A DNA stretch of 64,000 nt from an uncultured Methanosarcinales archaeon (lineage in GTDB: Archaea > Nanobdellota > Nanobdellia > Woesearchaeales > UBA9642): assembly GCA_964545585.1 (NCBI GenBank), contig CAZJFT010000001.1, positions 6,056 to 70,055 on the forward strand, written 5' to 3'. The position numbers and the translations under genes are program-made. Positions 46,644 through 56,992 of the stretch are shown piece after piece (position 1 is the first letter of the stretch; each line of letters opens with the position of its first letter). The notes under the pieces were generated by a model. It made no database searches. It saw only the letters and a program-made list of their open reading frames with translations, and was not told the DNA's origin.

Positions 46644-48207
46644 TCTCTTTCTTCTTCACAATCTTCTTTTTCCTTCCAGAAGTGTTGTTTGCCATCCATA
46701 TTTTCCGCGATGCGTATTGTGCCGGATTTTTTATCTTTGGGCAAAATCCGTCTGGGTGGCAGAATTGTGTGTCTATCATGTATCCTTTATTGTCGCAATT
46801 AGGGGGAGATAATTTCTCTTTTTGTGACTTATGATATCGTAGTTGTCCTTTGATGTATGTCTCGCGTAATTTGTCCGGAGAATTTCTTTCGTTCCATTTC
46901 AAAACATACTCCGCTATCCTTTCATGTGGCCAATTGCATGATGAAAGGAAGTTTATCAATATCAACAATGCACGCTTCTTGCCATCCTCTAACCCGGCAG
47001 ATATGTGTTGTATGCATGGAGGGAAGTATTCTTCAGGGATTGCCTGCGCATTCTCTTCAATATTAGAGTCTTTTTTATATTCTCTCTTATATGTCTCTTT
47101 CAATGAATCCTTCTTCTGTTTCTCCGTCTGGAAATCGAATGCTTTCTGGAATAATTGCTCTGCCTCTGAAGACTTGCACGATTCTCTTTCTAAGAAAGCG
47201 TAAGGTTTGAACTTCGAAGGCTCTGCTTCTGATTTCTCGAATTTCAATATTCTCTTTATGTCGAACGGCATCGAGACAAGGCCGGTCTTTTCATGAAGTG
47301 AATAAGGCATCCTGTAAAGGTGCCTTGAACTTATCAGTATCGTGTCTACTGCAACTATCTTTGAGAGGTCGAACTCTTTGCGAACAGAGTCGGAGCCGCA
47401 CTTGCATATGCTCTTCTTGATAGGGTGTTTCTCCATAATCTTCTTGCATTTAGGGCATTGCATGAACGGCTTATCTGCGTCCTCAAGAGAATTTTCACAA
47501 TATGGACAGATATATTGTATCCTGTCCTTAGGCATCTCTTTTATTGAAGAATCACATTTATTGCACTTTATGACTATCATATCTTCTTTCTTTGTGCCTG
47601 TCTCTGATTCGAGTCGAGATATCGGAACAGACACTTTTCCAAAGCGTATCTTCTCTTCATCCACAACAATAAGATTCTTATCGACATAATCGACTATATA
47701 TGCCGCAATCCTTCTAGGTCCGTCAGGGAAAAGGTCCTTCACATCAAAATATTTACCGTCAAGATAATATTGTTTTTTAGGGAATGCTTCAAACGGAACA
47801 GCGATATGGAAACCTTTTGAACCGGAGAATTTTACAGTCACTGAATCGATCCCGTGGTCCTTCAATGCTTTTATGAAAACGTAAGCTGCAAGCTTGCTGA
47901 ACGTCCAGTAAGGACAGTCAATATCTAATATCAAATCCCATCCCTTGCGCAGATCATCTATCTCATTCTTTTTCAAATTAGGATTTATCTGCAACGGATT
48001 AGACCATAATTCCTCAGAGCAATGGAATGAAGTGGCCCCTTTCTTAGCAGACTCAAGAATATCATTCTCATACATCAATGTGTCAGGACGCTTTCCGAAT
48101 GATTCATTATAACGAACAGCAATCTCCTTATCCATAGCATACATTAGAAGAAGTTTCTGGACCTCTTTTCTCTTATAATATGATAATGTCTGATGGAGCT
48201 CAAGCAT
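46639..48207 (-). CDS. Fused DNA primase (PriS catalytic domain + PriL C-terminal Fe-S domain) with zinc-ribbon insertion
   Basis: WDLILDID, KFSGSKGFHI, D...RHLYRMPYSLH; FPPCI...PPNC...C...C...KNP; start moved to ATG 48207. Confidence 0.9.
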   Translation of the reverse strand: MLELHQTLSYYKRKEVQKLLLMYAMDKEIAVRYNESFGKRPDTLMYENDILESAKKGATSFHCSEELWSNPLQINPNLKKNEIDDLRKGWDLILDIDCPYWTFSKLAAYVFIKALKDHGIDSVTVKFSGSKGFHIAVPFEAFPKKQYYLDGKYFDVKDLFPDGPRRIAAYIVDYVDKNLIVVDEEKIRFGKVSVPISRLESETGTKKEDMIVIKCNKCDSSIKEMPKDRIQYICPYCENSLEDADKPFMQCPKCKKIMEKHPIKKSICKCGSDSVRKEFDLSKIVAVDTILISSRHLYRMPYSLHEKTGLVSMPFDIKRILKFEKSEAEPSKFKPYAFLERESCKSSEAEQLFQKAFDFQTEKQKKDSLKETYKREYKKDSNIEENAQAIPEEYFPPCIQHISAGLEDGKKRALLILINFLSSCNWPHERIAEYVLKWNERNSPDKLRETYIKGQLRYHKSQKEKLSPPNCDNKGYMIDTQFCHPDGFCPKIKNPAQYASRKIWMANNTSGRKKKIVKKKEN

Positions 48208-48253
48208 GAAGGATGAGAATAAGACTGCGTTTATATAGGTTTTTGTAGAATGT

Positions 48254-48652
48254 CTAGTGCTTGCACTCAACAGCATTATGCTCCGCAGTGTTTCTCTTCA
48301 TACAATTCTCGCACACTCCAGTGACGTCTATCTGGAAGTGGCATATAGTGCCTTTTATGCTTTTCTTTATTGTGCCTATGTCTTTTATTTCTATATGGGC
48401 ACGTTTCCCGCATATCTGGCATGTATAATGTGAATGGCTGCTTGAACTGTTTGAGTATATATTGCGGCCGTCGCAGATGTATGAATGCAATTGCCTATTT
48501 TTTGCTTTTTCTTTCAGGAAACGGTATATCGTGGCTATGCCTATCCCATTATTCTTCATCCGGGAATATAGCTCCTCTGCTGTGAAGAACCCCTTTATCT
48601 TATTGATCTCTTTTTCTAATATCTCCTTCTGTCTAGTGTTGCGTGACTTCAT
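48254..48652 (-). CDS. Fur/Zur family metalloregulator
   Basis: RNTRQK, TAEELY, IGIATIYR, HSHYTCQICG, GVCENC. Confidence 0.9.
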   Translation of the reverse strand: MKSRNTRQKEILEKEINKIKGFFTAEELYSRMKNNGIGIATIYRFLKEKAKNRQLHSYICDGRNIYSNSSSSHSHYTCQICGKRAHIEIKDIGTIKKSIKGTICHFQIDVTGVCENCMKRNTAEHNAVECKH

Positions 48653-48663
48653 GCAAAAAAACC

Positions 48664-48686
48664 TTATTGATAATCGAAATCAATAA
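48664..48686. promoter_or_regulatory. Fur/Zur-box-like palindrome
   Basis: TTATTGAT-N7-ATCAATAA between divergent regulator and ZIP genes, next to TTTAAATA at 48691. Confidence 0.65.
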
Positions 48687-48717
48687 CATATTTAAATAAG
48701 TTGCGATTCTTAAGAGA

Positions 48718-49488
48718 ATGGACACTACAACAATAATCTACGGGATATCAAGCGTAATAATAGTCAGCATCCTATCATTGATAGGGGTGATAATATTCTT
48801 CCTGAAAGAATCAAAGATACGCAAAATACTTTTATACATAGTCAGCTTCGCAGTAGGCGTATTTTTAGGAGACATATTCATACATCTCCTGCCGGAAGCA
48901 TTCGAGGAATACGAGGCGACACAGACGGCAATATACATATTATCAGGAATAGTATTCTCATTCATAATAGAAAAGATAATACACTGGAAACACAGGCACG
49001 TACATAAGAAAGACGAAGAACACACGCACCATCCGCATGCGTTTGCGGTAATGAACCTGTTCGGCGATGCATTCCATAATTTCATAGACGGGATAATAAT
49101 AGCGACAAGCTACGTGATAAGCATCCCTGTAGGGATTGCGACAACAATAGCGGTCATATTCCACGAGATACCGCAAGAGATAGGAGACTTCGGAATACTG
49201 CTTGCAGGAGGATTCTCAAAAGCGAAAGCAATAATGCTCAATCTGCTCGTCTCAGTCACAGCAATAATCGGAACAATAGTAGGGTTCATACTTATCAGCG
49301 CAGAAGGAGTGCTTGCATTCTTGATGCCCTTCTCTGCAGGAACATTAATCTATATAGTTGCAGCAAACCTAATACCTCAACTACATAAGAGTGCGCATGA
49401 AGAAAATAGCCTAAAGATAAGCATCCTGCAAGTTGTCATGATACTCCTAGGTATAGCGGCAATGTTCGCATTGACATTGATAGAATGA
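48718..49488 (+). CDS. ZIP family metal (zinc) transporter
   Basis: HLLPE, His-rich loop, DAFHNFIDG, HEIPQEIGDF. Confidence 0.93.
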   Translation: MDTTTIIYGISSVIIVSILSLIGVIIFFLKESKIRKILLYIVSFAVGVFLGDIFIHLLPEAFEEYEATQTAIYILSGIVFSFIIEKIIHWKHRHVHKKDEEHTHHPHAFAVMNLFGDAFHNFIDGIIIATSYVISIPVGIATTIAVIFHEIPQEIGDFGILLAGGFSKAKAIMLNLLVSVTAIIGTIVGFILISAEGVLAFLMPFSAGTLIYIVAANLIPQLHKSAHEENSLKISILQVVMILLGIAAMFALTLIE

Positions 49489-49517
49489 ATAAGAATAATG
49501 TGTTGAGAAAAATAATC

Positions 49518-50420
49518 TTACATCGTTTCTAGTCTTCTTATCCTTTCATCTATTGGCGGATGTGTCGAGAACATGTTCGAGAATGAGCCTTTCTTGAATG
49601 GGTTGCTGAAGAATAGATGAGCAGTGGCTTTTGTAGCGATTTTTGTATCCTGAACAGAATCCTTCTTTATCTTCTTCAATGCATCCGCAAGCCCCTGAGG
49701 ATGCCTGCTGAGTATTGCACCAGTCGCATCTGCAGCATACTCTCTCCTCCTGGAAATAGCCAGCTTTATCAATTCAGCAATAAGTGGCGCAAGAATCGCC
49801 AACACTATACCTACAACCAATATCACTGCATTCCCTTTCCCGCCATTATCATTGTTTCCGCCGCCAAACCACATGCTCCTTATGAAAAGGTCACTAAGCA
49901 ATGCTATTAGTCCGACAAGTATTACTGTCACAGTCATCAATCGCATATCATAGTTCTTCACATGCGCCATCTCATGCGCAATCACGCCTTCAAGCTCTAC
50001 CCTGTTCAATTTCTTCAATGCGCCTTCTGTGACTGCGATGCTTGCATGTTCAGGATCTCTTCCTGTTGCAAAAGCATTTATTGATTGGTCCGGTATGACA
50101 TAAATATTGGGCGTCGGAACTTGAGCGGCTATGGCAAGACCCTCAACACTATTTATATAATGCGCGTGCTCTTTCCTGTTTGCAGGCCTTGCATTACTTA
50201 TCTGCAACGCGGCCTTATCACCCCAGAAATAACTGGCGAGCGCCATGACTATAGATATAATGAATGCTATGAACATGAAACTAATTATTATCGTAGGACT
50301 CCCCTGCCCATACCATAAACCTATTACATATGCTAATCCTATAAGGACCGCGGCAAACAAGAACATCAATAAGTAGCTCTTGAACTTATTCTTTGCAGCC
50401 TCATCAAATGCATTAGCCAT
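49518..50420 (-). CDS. htpX: HtpX family zinc protease (M48)
   Basis: NAFATG, AHEMAH, SRRREYAADA, STHPP. Confidence 0.93.
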   Translation of the reverse strand: MANAFDEAAKNKFKSYLLMFLFAAVLIGLAYVIGLWYGQGSPTIIISFMFIAFIISIVMALASYFWGDKAALQISNARPANRKEHAHYINSVEGLAIAAQVPTPNIYVIPDQSINAFATGRDPEHASIAVTEGALKKLNRVELEGVIAHEMAHVKNYDMRLMTVTVILVGLIALLSDLFIRSMWFGGGNNDNGGKGNAVILVVGIVLAILAPLIAELIKLAISRRREYAADATGAILSRHPQGLADALKKIKKDSVQDTKIATKATAHLFFSNPFKKGSFSNMFSTHPPIDERIRRLETM

Positions 50421-50458
50421 AAGACATCACCATTCAAATACAAAAAAAAACAAAAAAA

Positions 50459-51010
50459 TCACTCAAATCCTACCTTCACATTCTCTCTTTCTGCACCTTC
50501 AGTCTTGAAGAAGTCTCTCTGCTTGAAATTGAACATGCCAGCAACAATGCTTCCAGGGAATTGCTGAGTGCCGTTATTGTATGAAAGCACGGAATCATTA
50601 TATGCCTGCCTAGCATAAGCAATCTTGCTCTCTGTGCCTGAAAGCTCTTCCTGCAACATCCTGAAATTCTCGCTCGCCTCAAGCTTAGGATATGCCTCAG
50701 CAACAGCAAACAGGCTCTTCAGAGTCTCAGACAACATATTGTTAGCCTTGGCCTTTTCAGGAACGGTCTTCGCTTCCATCAATGCAGTCCTTGCCTTTGT
50801 GACTTCAGTGAATACCTTACGCTCATGCTTAGCATAGCCCTTCACTGTCTCAACAAGATTCGGTATCAAATCATACCTTCTCTTCAATTGGACATCTATC
50901 TGTGCCCAAGCGTTATCTATCCTGTTCCTTAGAACAACGAACCGATTATACATGACTATCAGTATAAATACAATTACTACCACTACACCAGTAATTATCC
51001 ATCCTATCAT
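50459..51010 (-). CDS. lemA: LemA family protein
   Basis: [33 protein letters not shown]. Confidence 0.95.
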   Translation of the reverse strand: MIGWIITGVVVVIVFILIVMYNRFVVLRNRIDNAWAQIDVQLKRRYDLIPNLVETVKGYAKHERKVFTEVTKARTALMEAKTVPEKAKANNMLSETLKSLFAVAEAYPKLEASENFRMLQEELSGTESKIAYARQAYNDSVLSYNNGTQQFPGSIVAGMFNFKQRDFFKTEGAERENVKVGFE

Positions 51011-51132
51011 GGTCTCACCTATGACATGAAAGGGGTGTTTTTTATAAATTTTCTGGAAACAACTTAAAGAAAAATTTATAAATATGTATATTTTATCCTC
51101 TATAAATCAACTAAATTGGAGGGTGATTTAAA

Positions 51133-51495
51133 ATGGCAAAAGGATCTACGGATTTATTAGCAAAAGTAGGAAGTTGGGCATTTATAATCGGTGTTATAAT
51201 TGCTTTGATAGTAGGAATATTTTCGGATGCAAACAACGGCGTGACTACATCAGTATTGATCGTGCTTGGATTGATAGTCGGATTCCTAAACGTTACAGGA
51301 AGGGAAACAACACCATTCTTGCTAGCGACAGTGTCTTTGGTAATAGTTGCAAGCTTCGGAAGCCAGACATTAGGGGACGTTGCGATGGTAGGCTCATTCC
51401 TTCAAGGAACATTGGGCGCATTGATGACATTCGTCATCCCAGCAACAATCATAGTGGCTTTGAAAGCAATCTATGCATTGGCACATGACGAGTGA
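51133..51495 (+). CDS. Small 4-TM membrane protein
   Basis: GSWAFIIG...LGLIVGFLNVT-x-x-E...FL; GGGTGA RBS. Confidence 0.8.
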   Translation: MAKGSTDLLAKVGSWAFIIGVIIALIVGIFSDANNGVTTSVLIVLGLIVGFLNVTGRETTPFLLATVSLVIVASFGSQTLGDVAMVGSFLQGTLGALMTFVIPATIIVALKAIYALAHDE

Positions 51496-51576
51496 AATCG
51501 TCAATTTTTATTTTCTTTTTTTAATTCTTCTTCAAAAAAAACAATATTTATAATATAGGAGATATAATTATACTCC

Positions 51577-51819
51577 ATGAAACCAATCATAAAGGCCGTA
51601 AGCTTCGGGATTTTGATTTTTATTGCGTTGACAGGCGTTTTACTAATACTGATAAAGACGAGCATGCCTGTGAATATTTCTTGTGTTGTTGTTGCAGATA
51701 ACTATCTCAGCTGCGATTATTCCAGGTGGGAGTTTTTTAGGGTAATATATAATGCTGCAATAATAACTGTCGCTGTGCTAGCAAGCATATTATATTGGAA
51801 GAAGCTGACACGCAATTAA
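51577..51819 (+). CDS. Small two-TM protein
   Basis: TATA box upstream, two hydrophobic helices. Confidence 0.55.
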   Translation: MKPIIKAVSFGILIFIALTGVLLILIKTSMPVNISCVVVADNYLSCDYSRWEFFRVIYNAAIITVAVLASILYWKKLTRN

Positions 51820-51877
51820 AAAAAAAAAATAGAATAAAAAAAGAGGATGAACCTCTTAGAAAAAAATCAAGAAAAGC

Positions 51878-52120
51878 TTATTTTCTCTTCTTCTTCCTGC
51901 CGCCTCGAGCCATCTTTGCTCTTGAGACGTTTCCTTTCTTATCTACGAAATATAAGTAGCCCTTCTCTTTCTTTACGCCAACTTTAGCTACTTTCTTTGA
52001 GCCCTTCTTTGCTTTTCCGCCGCCCCTAGCCATAGTAGCAGCTGATATGTCTCCCTGTTTATCTACGAAATACAGGAATCCTTTCTGTTTCTTTACTCCG
52101 ACTTTTGCAACTGTTTCCAT
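51878..52120 (-). CDS. Cc1-like small basic chromatin protein (two internal repeats)
   Basis: Twice VAKVGVKK-x-KG(F/Y)LYFVDK-x-G-x-x-S-x-A-x-MARGG. Confidence 0.75.
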   Translation of the reverse strand: METVAKVGVKKQKGFLYFVDKQGDISAATMARGGGKAKKGSKKVAKVGVKKEKGYLYFVDKKGNVSRAKMARGGRKKKRK

Positions 52121-52258
52121 ATTAGTCACCCCAACTCATACGAGTTATAATCTGTCCTGGAGAACCTAGTTTATAAAGTTTATTATTTTTCAGTCGGAGA
52201 AATGATGTTTATAGACGAGAAAATGCATACTATAAATTAAGGTATTTTTTCGTCGGAG

Positions 52259-53038
52259 TCAATTCTTTTGCTCGAGTGAAATACTGTAGAAAAGCGCGAA
52301 AATACATCCTATGATGAACGCTATTATGAAAAGCCACCCCATCCCCACATAATTTGCAGACGACAAGACCAATCCTGCAAAGATTACGATTGTTATGAAA
52401 ACAAGCACATATAATGTCCTGGAAAAATAGAACAGGCCGAGTCCATCAGATCCTGAATCCATCTTAGAGGGCATATCTATCTTCGGTATTGGAAGTATTG
52501 AATATATCGCCAGCAGAAGATTGACTATTATCATCGATAACACCGCCTCATTCCTTCCTGTGGCGAAAAATATGGGACCCAGTATAAGTATCAAAATCAC
52601 ATGCGATATCGGCCCAGCCAACGCAACTCTAGCTATATCTTTGAGATTAAGACCATACCTAAACTTTCCAAGTCTTAGACGCGGCACCTGCTCTATCATC
52701 ACCGCTCCAGGCAATACAAATGCCAGATATCCGAAAGAGAGGAATGCTAAGAACACTGTGAACAGCAACCCGTTGAGCCAAAAGCTGTACGTCGCCTTAT
52801 ACCCTAATTTTATTGCGGCCAGCTTCTGTAAAGATACGTGGACATACATGCATAATAAGACGACGACTGTCGCAAACAACAGATTAACTAATCCTACAGG
52901 CACGTCTACTGTTTCTCCCGTCCCCCACTTCCTGAAAGATAATGCGAACCCGAAAGCTAGCGATGTCCAGAACAATTGAGAAAGCTCCGACCTAGAAAAA
53001 TTGAAGTTCTCCTTTACCGAATGCCAATAGCCATACAT
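52259..53038 (-). CDS. Site-2-protease (M50)-like membrane protein lacking HExxH
   Basis: HVSLQKLAA-x-x-LG at the HExxH position, ALAGP, LPIP...D. Confidence 0.65.
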   Translation of the reverse strand: MYGYWHSVKENFNFSRSELSQLFWTSLAFGFALSFRKWGTGETVDVPVGLVNLLFATVVVLLCMYVHVSLQKLAAIKLGYKATYSFWLNGLLFTVFLAFLSFGYLAFVLPGAVMIEQVPRLRLGKFRYGLNLKDIARVALAGPISHVILILILGPIFFATGRNEAVLSMIIVNLLLAIYSILPIPKIDMPSKMDSGSDGLGLFYFSRTLYVLVFITIVIFAGLVLSSANYVGMGWLFIIAFIIGCIFALFYSISLEQKN

Positions 53039-53073
53039 ACAGCAATCTTTAGGACATGATTATTTAAATTTTC

Positions 53074-53607
53074 TCATAATCTTAAGACATTCAACAATGA
53101 ATTGAGCACGGATCTCGATTTCATCCTCAAAGGATCTTTCGCGAGGCTGAATGAGTCTGTCTTCAGGCGATACTTTCTTGCGATGACGGCATTCTGGAAC
53201 ATCCTCCCTAAAGTCCGTATCCTGTTCTTCTCAAGGAGATTATTGAATGAGAAAACTACACGAATGCCTCTTTCCCTACATAATTTTGCATGCACCTGGT
53301 TGAGTGCAGTCCTCTTATAATGGAAAGAGTCTTTCCTATCGAAAAGCTCAGCATTGATTATATAGTCGACCTTAGACTCGAAGAACTGCCTCTCTGCCGG
53401 CGCAAACACATAATCAAAATTCTTTCTTGCAACACTGATATGGTTTGTTGTCGAGACAAGGAATGCAGTCTTTATCCGTATCTTGTCAGAAGAATATTTG
53501 TATTTGATGTTTTTAGAAAGGAACACCACCTCTTCATATCCTAAACATGCTGCCATCTCAATGAATTCTTCCTCATTCTCCTCCGGCATCACCACATCAA
53601 ACATCAT
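53074..53607 (-). CDS. RNase P protein subunit Rpp30-like
   Basis: A-x-x-LGY, LNQVHAKLC-x-x-x-GI, S-x-A-x-x-P-x-x-M-x-S pattern. Confidence 0.7.
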   Translation of the reverse strand: MMFDVVMPEENEEEFIEMAACLGYEEVVFLSKNIKYKYSSDKIRIKTAFLVSTTNHISVARKNFDYVFAPAERQFFESKVDYIINAELFDRKDSFHYKRTALNQVHAKLCRERGIRVVFSFNNLLEKNRIRTLGRMFQNAVIARKYRLKTDSFSLAKDPLRMKSRSVLNSLLNVLRL

Positions 53608-53664
53608 TCTAGAATATGATTCAATTTTAAAAATGTTTATATAGGGGGCAGCATACCTTGAATT

Positions 53665-54342
53665 ATGGAAGAAAGAGTTCAGAAGATAATGGCTAATTCA
53701 GGATACTGCTCCAGAAGGCATGCTGAGGAGCTCATATCAAAAGGAAAAGTATTCGTCAACGGAAAGAAGATCAAGCTCGGCGATAAGGCAGATGCAGAAA
53801 AGGACGAGATAATGGCGAACGATGAAGTCATACGTAAAGAAAAACCTATATATATAATGCTCAACAAGCCGAAACATTACGAGGTGAGCATGGCTCCGGA
53901 CACAAAGAATGTGTTTGCACTCGTGGGCCTGCCTCAGAGAATCATAGCGGTAGGAAGGCTTGACAAGAACACGACAGGACTGCTTCTTTTGACTAATGAT
54001 GGCGACTTCGCTAACAAGATAACACATCCGCGATACGAGAAAGAGAAGACATATTATGTAAAACTCGATAAGAGAATTGAAGAGAAGGATATTAAAAAAC
54101 TTGAGCAAGGAGTGAACCTACAGGATGGATGGATAAAGGCAAAAGTGAAAGTCTATCAGAAAGACCAGATAGAGATAACTATACATGAAGGCAAGAAGCA
54201 CATAATAAAAAGGCTGTTGTTCAAGCTAGGATACTTCGTCAAGGAGCTTGCACGCGTGAAGATAGGAAATTTAAGGATGGATGTCAAGATAGGCAAATGG
54301 AGATACTTGACGAAGAAAGAAGTAGATGATTTGATGAGATGA
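53665..54342 (+). CDS. RsuA/RluB-family rRNA pseudouridine synthase
   Basis: S4 domain (ERVQK...CSRR-x-AE), VGRLDKNTTGLLLLTNDG, EGKKH. Confidence 0.92.
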   Translation: MEERVQKIMANSGYCSRRHAEELISKGKVFVNGKKIKLGDKADAEKDEIMANDEVIRKEKPIYIMLNKPKHYEVSMAPDTKNVFALVGLPQRIIAVGRLDKNTTGLLLLTNDGDFANKITHPRYEKEKTYYVKLDKRIEEKDIKKLEQGVNLQDGWIKAKVKVYQKDQIEITIHEGKKHIIKRLLFKLGYFVKELARVKIGNLRMDVKIGKWRYLTKKEVDDLMR

Positions 54343-54352
54343 TGCACAAATC

Positions 54353-55174
54353 TTAATGCTTCAATTTTGCAATATTTGAGACTTGTTGCTTATGCAATTC
54401 TAGGAACGTGTTATATCTATCTTTAAAAGTCATCATTACTCCTGCCCCGGCACCCAATACTGCTATTACAATTAAAAGATTATTAAAATCTGACTTAAAT
54501 GGATGTATCTGATCTACAAGTACATGCATCAGACTTGCCAGACCCGTGACGCCGACAACATTTATTGTCCCTTTTTTCAAAATAGATAATGCTTGTTTTA
54601 AGAATTGATCGGCGGCACTCTCATATATTATTTCTACAGATTTCTCCAATATTTTTGTCTCTTCCTTGAGTTCAGACTCCCACAATGACATGTACCTGTC
54701 GAACATCCTTTTGCGCTCATCTAATATTTGTTGTATCTTTCCAGACTCATGTTTTTTCAAGATGGCCAAAAAGTTTTCCTCTGTAGACATTCTGTCCTCT
54801 ATAAGCGGGATATGGCCATTATACTCGGCGGTTATCTCAAAAATAGCGCTTATTCTTCTCCGAGTATCTTTGCTCTTAATGGATGATTCGGCCCAGGAAA
54901 CGACTTCTTCCTCTATCTCAAGCAAATCCTTTATGCCTTTCTTTATCACAATCATCAAACGTTTATCATCGTTTATACATCGTTCAATAATTTTTTCAGC
55001 TTCAAGATTGCTTGTTTTGTTGAAAATAGTCCCGTCCAAAAAAGTCAATAGACGTATGGCTTTTTGTCTTTGGAGAGCTATCTCTGTTCTTAAAGCATAC
55101 ACTTTAGCCATATTTATGCGAATCTTTTCAATCTCGCTTATAGAATGATTGTTAATCGTCATAAAAAATAACAA
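54353..55174 (-). CDS. Hypothetical helical protein with two C-terminal TM segments
   Basis: 273-aa ORF; composition only. Confidence 0.65.
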   Translation of the reverse strand: MLFFMTINNHSISEIEKIRINMAKVYALRTEIALQRQKAIRLLTFLDGTIFNKTSNLEAEKIIERCINDDKRLMIVIKKGIKDLLEIEEEVVSWAESSIKSKDTRRRISAIFEITAEYNGHIPLIEDRMSTEENFLAILKKHESGKIQQILDERKRMFDRYMSLWESELKEETKILEKSVEIIYESAADQFLKQALSILKKGTINVVGVTGLASLMHVLVDQIHPFKSDFNNLLIVIAVLGAGAGVMMTFKDRYNTFLELHKQQVSNIAKLKH

Positions 55175-55201
55175 TATAAGAAGAAGTATAAAAATCTTTC
55201 T

Positions 55202-55627
55202 TTACAATTCTTCTATCTTCTTCACTTCTTCCACGGCCTCTTTCAACGCTATCTTCTCAGGCTCCCATGTGAGCTTGTTCTGCACTGAATCGAGCATTGC
55301 CCACAGATAATTATCGTGCTTCTTTCCTGCGGCATAATTCTTCACAGGAATATTCATTGATGCATTCACTAGATAGAATTGGAACACGTGGGTGTCCTGC
55401 CCATCCTGGAATGCGCATGTGGAATTAAGCTCTTTTATTATCTTGAATTTTGATATTCCTACTTGTTCCTTGACCAATCGTTCCACTGCGGCTTCCTCTC
55501 CTTCTCCATCTTCAAGAAGCGTTTTAGGGAATTCCCATCCGTGCCATCCTTCAACCCTTCTCAATATCAGGAAGAACAATTCTCCATTATTATCATATGT
55601 TATTATCTGAACACCATGCTGCTCCAT
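55202..55627 (-). CDS. NUDIX-fold protein with degenerate Nudix box
   Basis: FLILRR...WEFPK...EDGE...A-x-x-RLVKEQVG. Confidence 0.75.
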   Translation of the reverse strand: MEQHGVQIITYDNNGELFFLILRRVEGWHGWEFPKTLLEDGEGEEAAVERLVKEQVGISKFKIIKELNSTCAFQDGQDTHVFQFYLVNASMNIPVKNYAAGKKHDNYLWAMLDSVQNKLTWEPEKIALKEAVEEVKKIEEL

Positions 55628-55718
55628 TACAATCACCAATAATCGAAGAATATGGATATTTTAAATAGTTTATTATTTCATAGTAAACTATTTTAACTCG
55701 ACACGCTTTTGCTCTTCC

Positions 55719-56357
55719 ATGGTCAAGCCTGCAATAATCATTGATTTGAATGGTGCATTGATCAAGCAGAGGCCTTTTGATATTGCACATAAGGAATGGT
55801 TCAGGGTGATGGCTGAACTTATAAGGGATCATTCTATAAATGAGTTCGCATTCAAGGAAGACTACTTCAAGGATGTGCAAGAGATAATGAAGAAATACCT
55901 TGGAGACATAGATATAAAGACCAGAAATGCTTTCGCAAGGAATATCTATTCCATGATGGTCGTCGAATCAATAAAGAAGTGGGACTTAGTGGAGGATTTT
56001 GCAGAATACTTGCATAATATAAAGAAAAGATTTTCTATTGTGCTTATCACTTCTGCGCCTACAGCAGCAATAAACGGCATCCTTGAGAAGATAAACTGTA
56101 CTGACTTGTTCGATATAGTATCTGCAAGTCCCATGGAAGAAGTCCCGAGCAAGAAGGAATTGATAGAATTATTCATCAAGAAACACGGAAAACCACTCTT
56201 CTACATCGGCCAAGGGGACAAGGACATTCTCACGTGCAAGGAATTCGGCATAAAAACTATAGTCGTCGATTGGGCAAAACCAGCCGAACATAAAGGAAAC
56301 TTCGAAGCGCATAATGTTGATGAATTAGGGAAGATAGTTGAAAGATTTGTGATGTGA
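55719..56357 (+). CDS. HAD-like protein with degenerate motifs
   Basis: IIDLNGAL, LITS, PSK, YIGQGDKDI. Confidence 0.75.
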   Translation: MVKPAIIIDLNGALIKQRPFDIAHKEWFRVMAELIRDHSINEFAFKEDYFKDVQEIMKKYLGDIDIKTRNAFARNIYSMMVVESIKKWDLVEDFAEYLHNIKKRFSIVLITSAPTAAINGILEKINCTDLFDIVSASPMEEVPSKKELIELFIKKHGKPLFYIGQGDKDILTCKEFGIKTIVVDWAKPAEHKGNFEAHNVDELGKIVERFVM

Positions 56358-56361
56358 ACAA

Positions 56362-56937
56362 TTATTTTAGGAACAATCGGTCAAATTTATCGAGAATACC
56401 GTTGTCTATGGAATTCTTAAACCTATCCACTAGTCTTTGCTCATCCTTGACTGCGAAGTCAGGATCGTATTTTTCTTTTCCGACCGGAGAAGATTCTCTT
56501 ATGAGACTCCCTTTCTCATAGACTTGAAATTTAGGCAACGCCCATCTTTTCCCTTCGTACATGGCAATCAAAGGCATGTGGGTTATTTGACTGAGTCCTT
56601 TGCTTATATTTATAATATTCTCAATTTCAGGGTAATGCATCGTCAGATATTCGTTAAAACCTGGCCCATAGAGGTAAGCTGCCTTAAAATCACTTACATC
56701 TAGCCTATAAAAAAGCGAGAAATGAGGCTGTTTCGGCAATTCTATCTCCGAGGTCTCTAGCAATTTCTTTAGTGTTTGTGGGGTGTGCGTCTCTTCAACA
56801 TCATAGATATAGCAAAAAATATCAGAGGTTGGAGTGAACATGTGTCCGTCAACACCATTCTCCAAGAGGAGTTTCTCCACATCGTGCAGATTGAACGAAG
56901 GATTTTCTGGCAGTCCACTGAATTTTATTATATCCAT
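56362..56937 (-). CDS. Hypothetical protein
   Basis: 191-aa ORF; no motif recognised. Confidence 0.65.
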   Translation of the reverse strand: MDIIKFSGLPENPSFNLHDVEKLLLENGVDGHMFTPTSDIFCYIYDVEETHTPQTLKKLLETSEIELPKQPHFSLFYRLDVSDFKAAYLYGPGFNEYLTMHYPEIENIINISKGLSQITHMPLIAMYEGKRWALPKFQVYEKGSLIRESSPVGKEKYDPDFAVKDEQRLVDRFKNSIDNGILDKFDRLFLK

Positions 56938-56992
56938 AATTTGAGATATTGGGGGAAAATATATATTTTCCTAATTATCACTCCTTTCAAGT

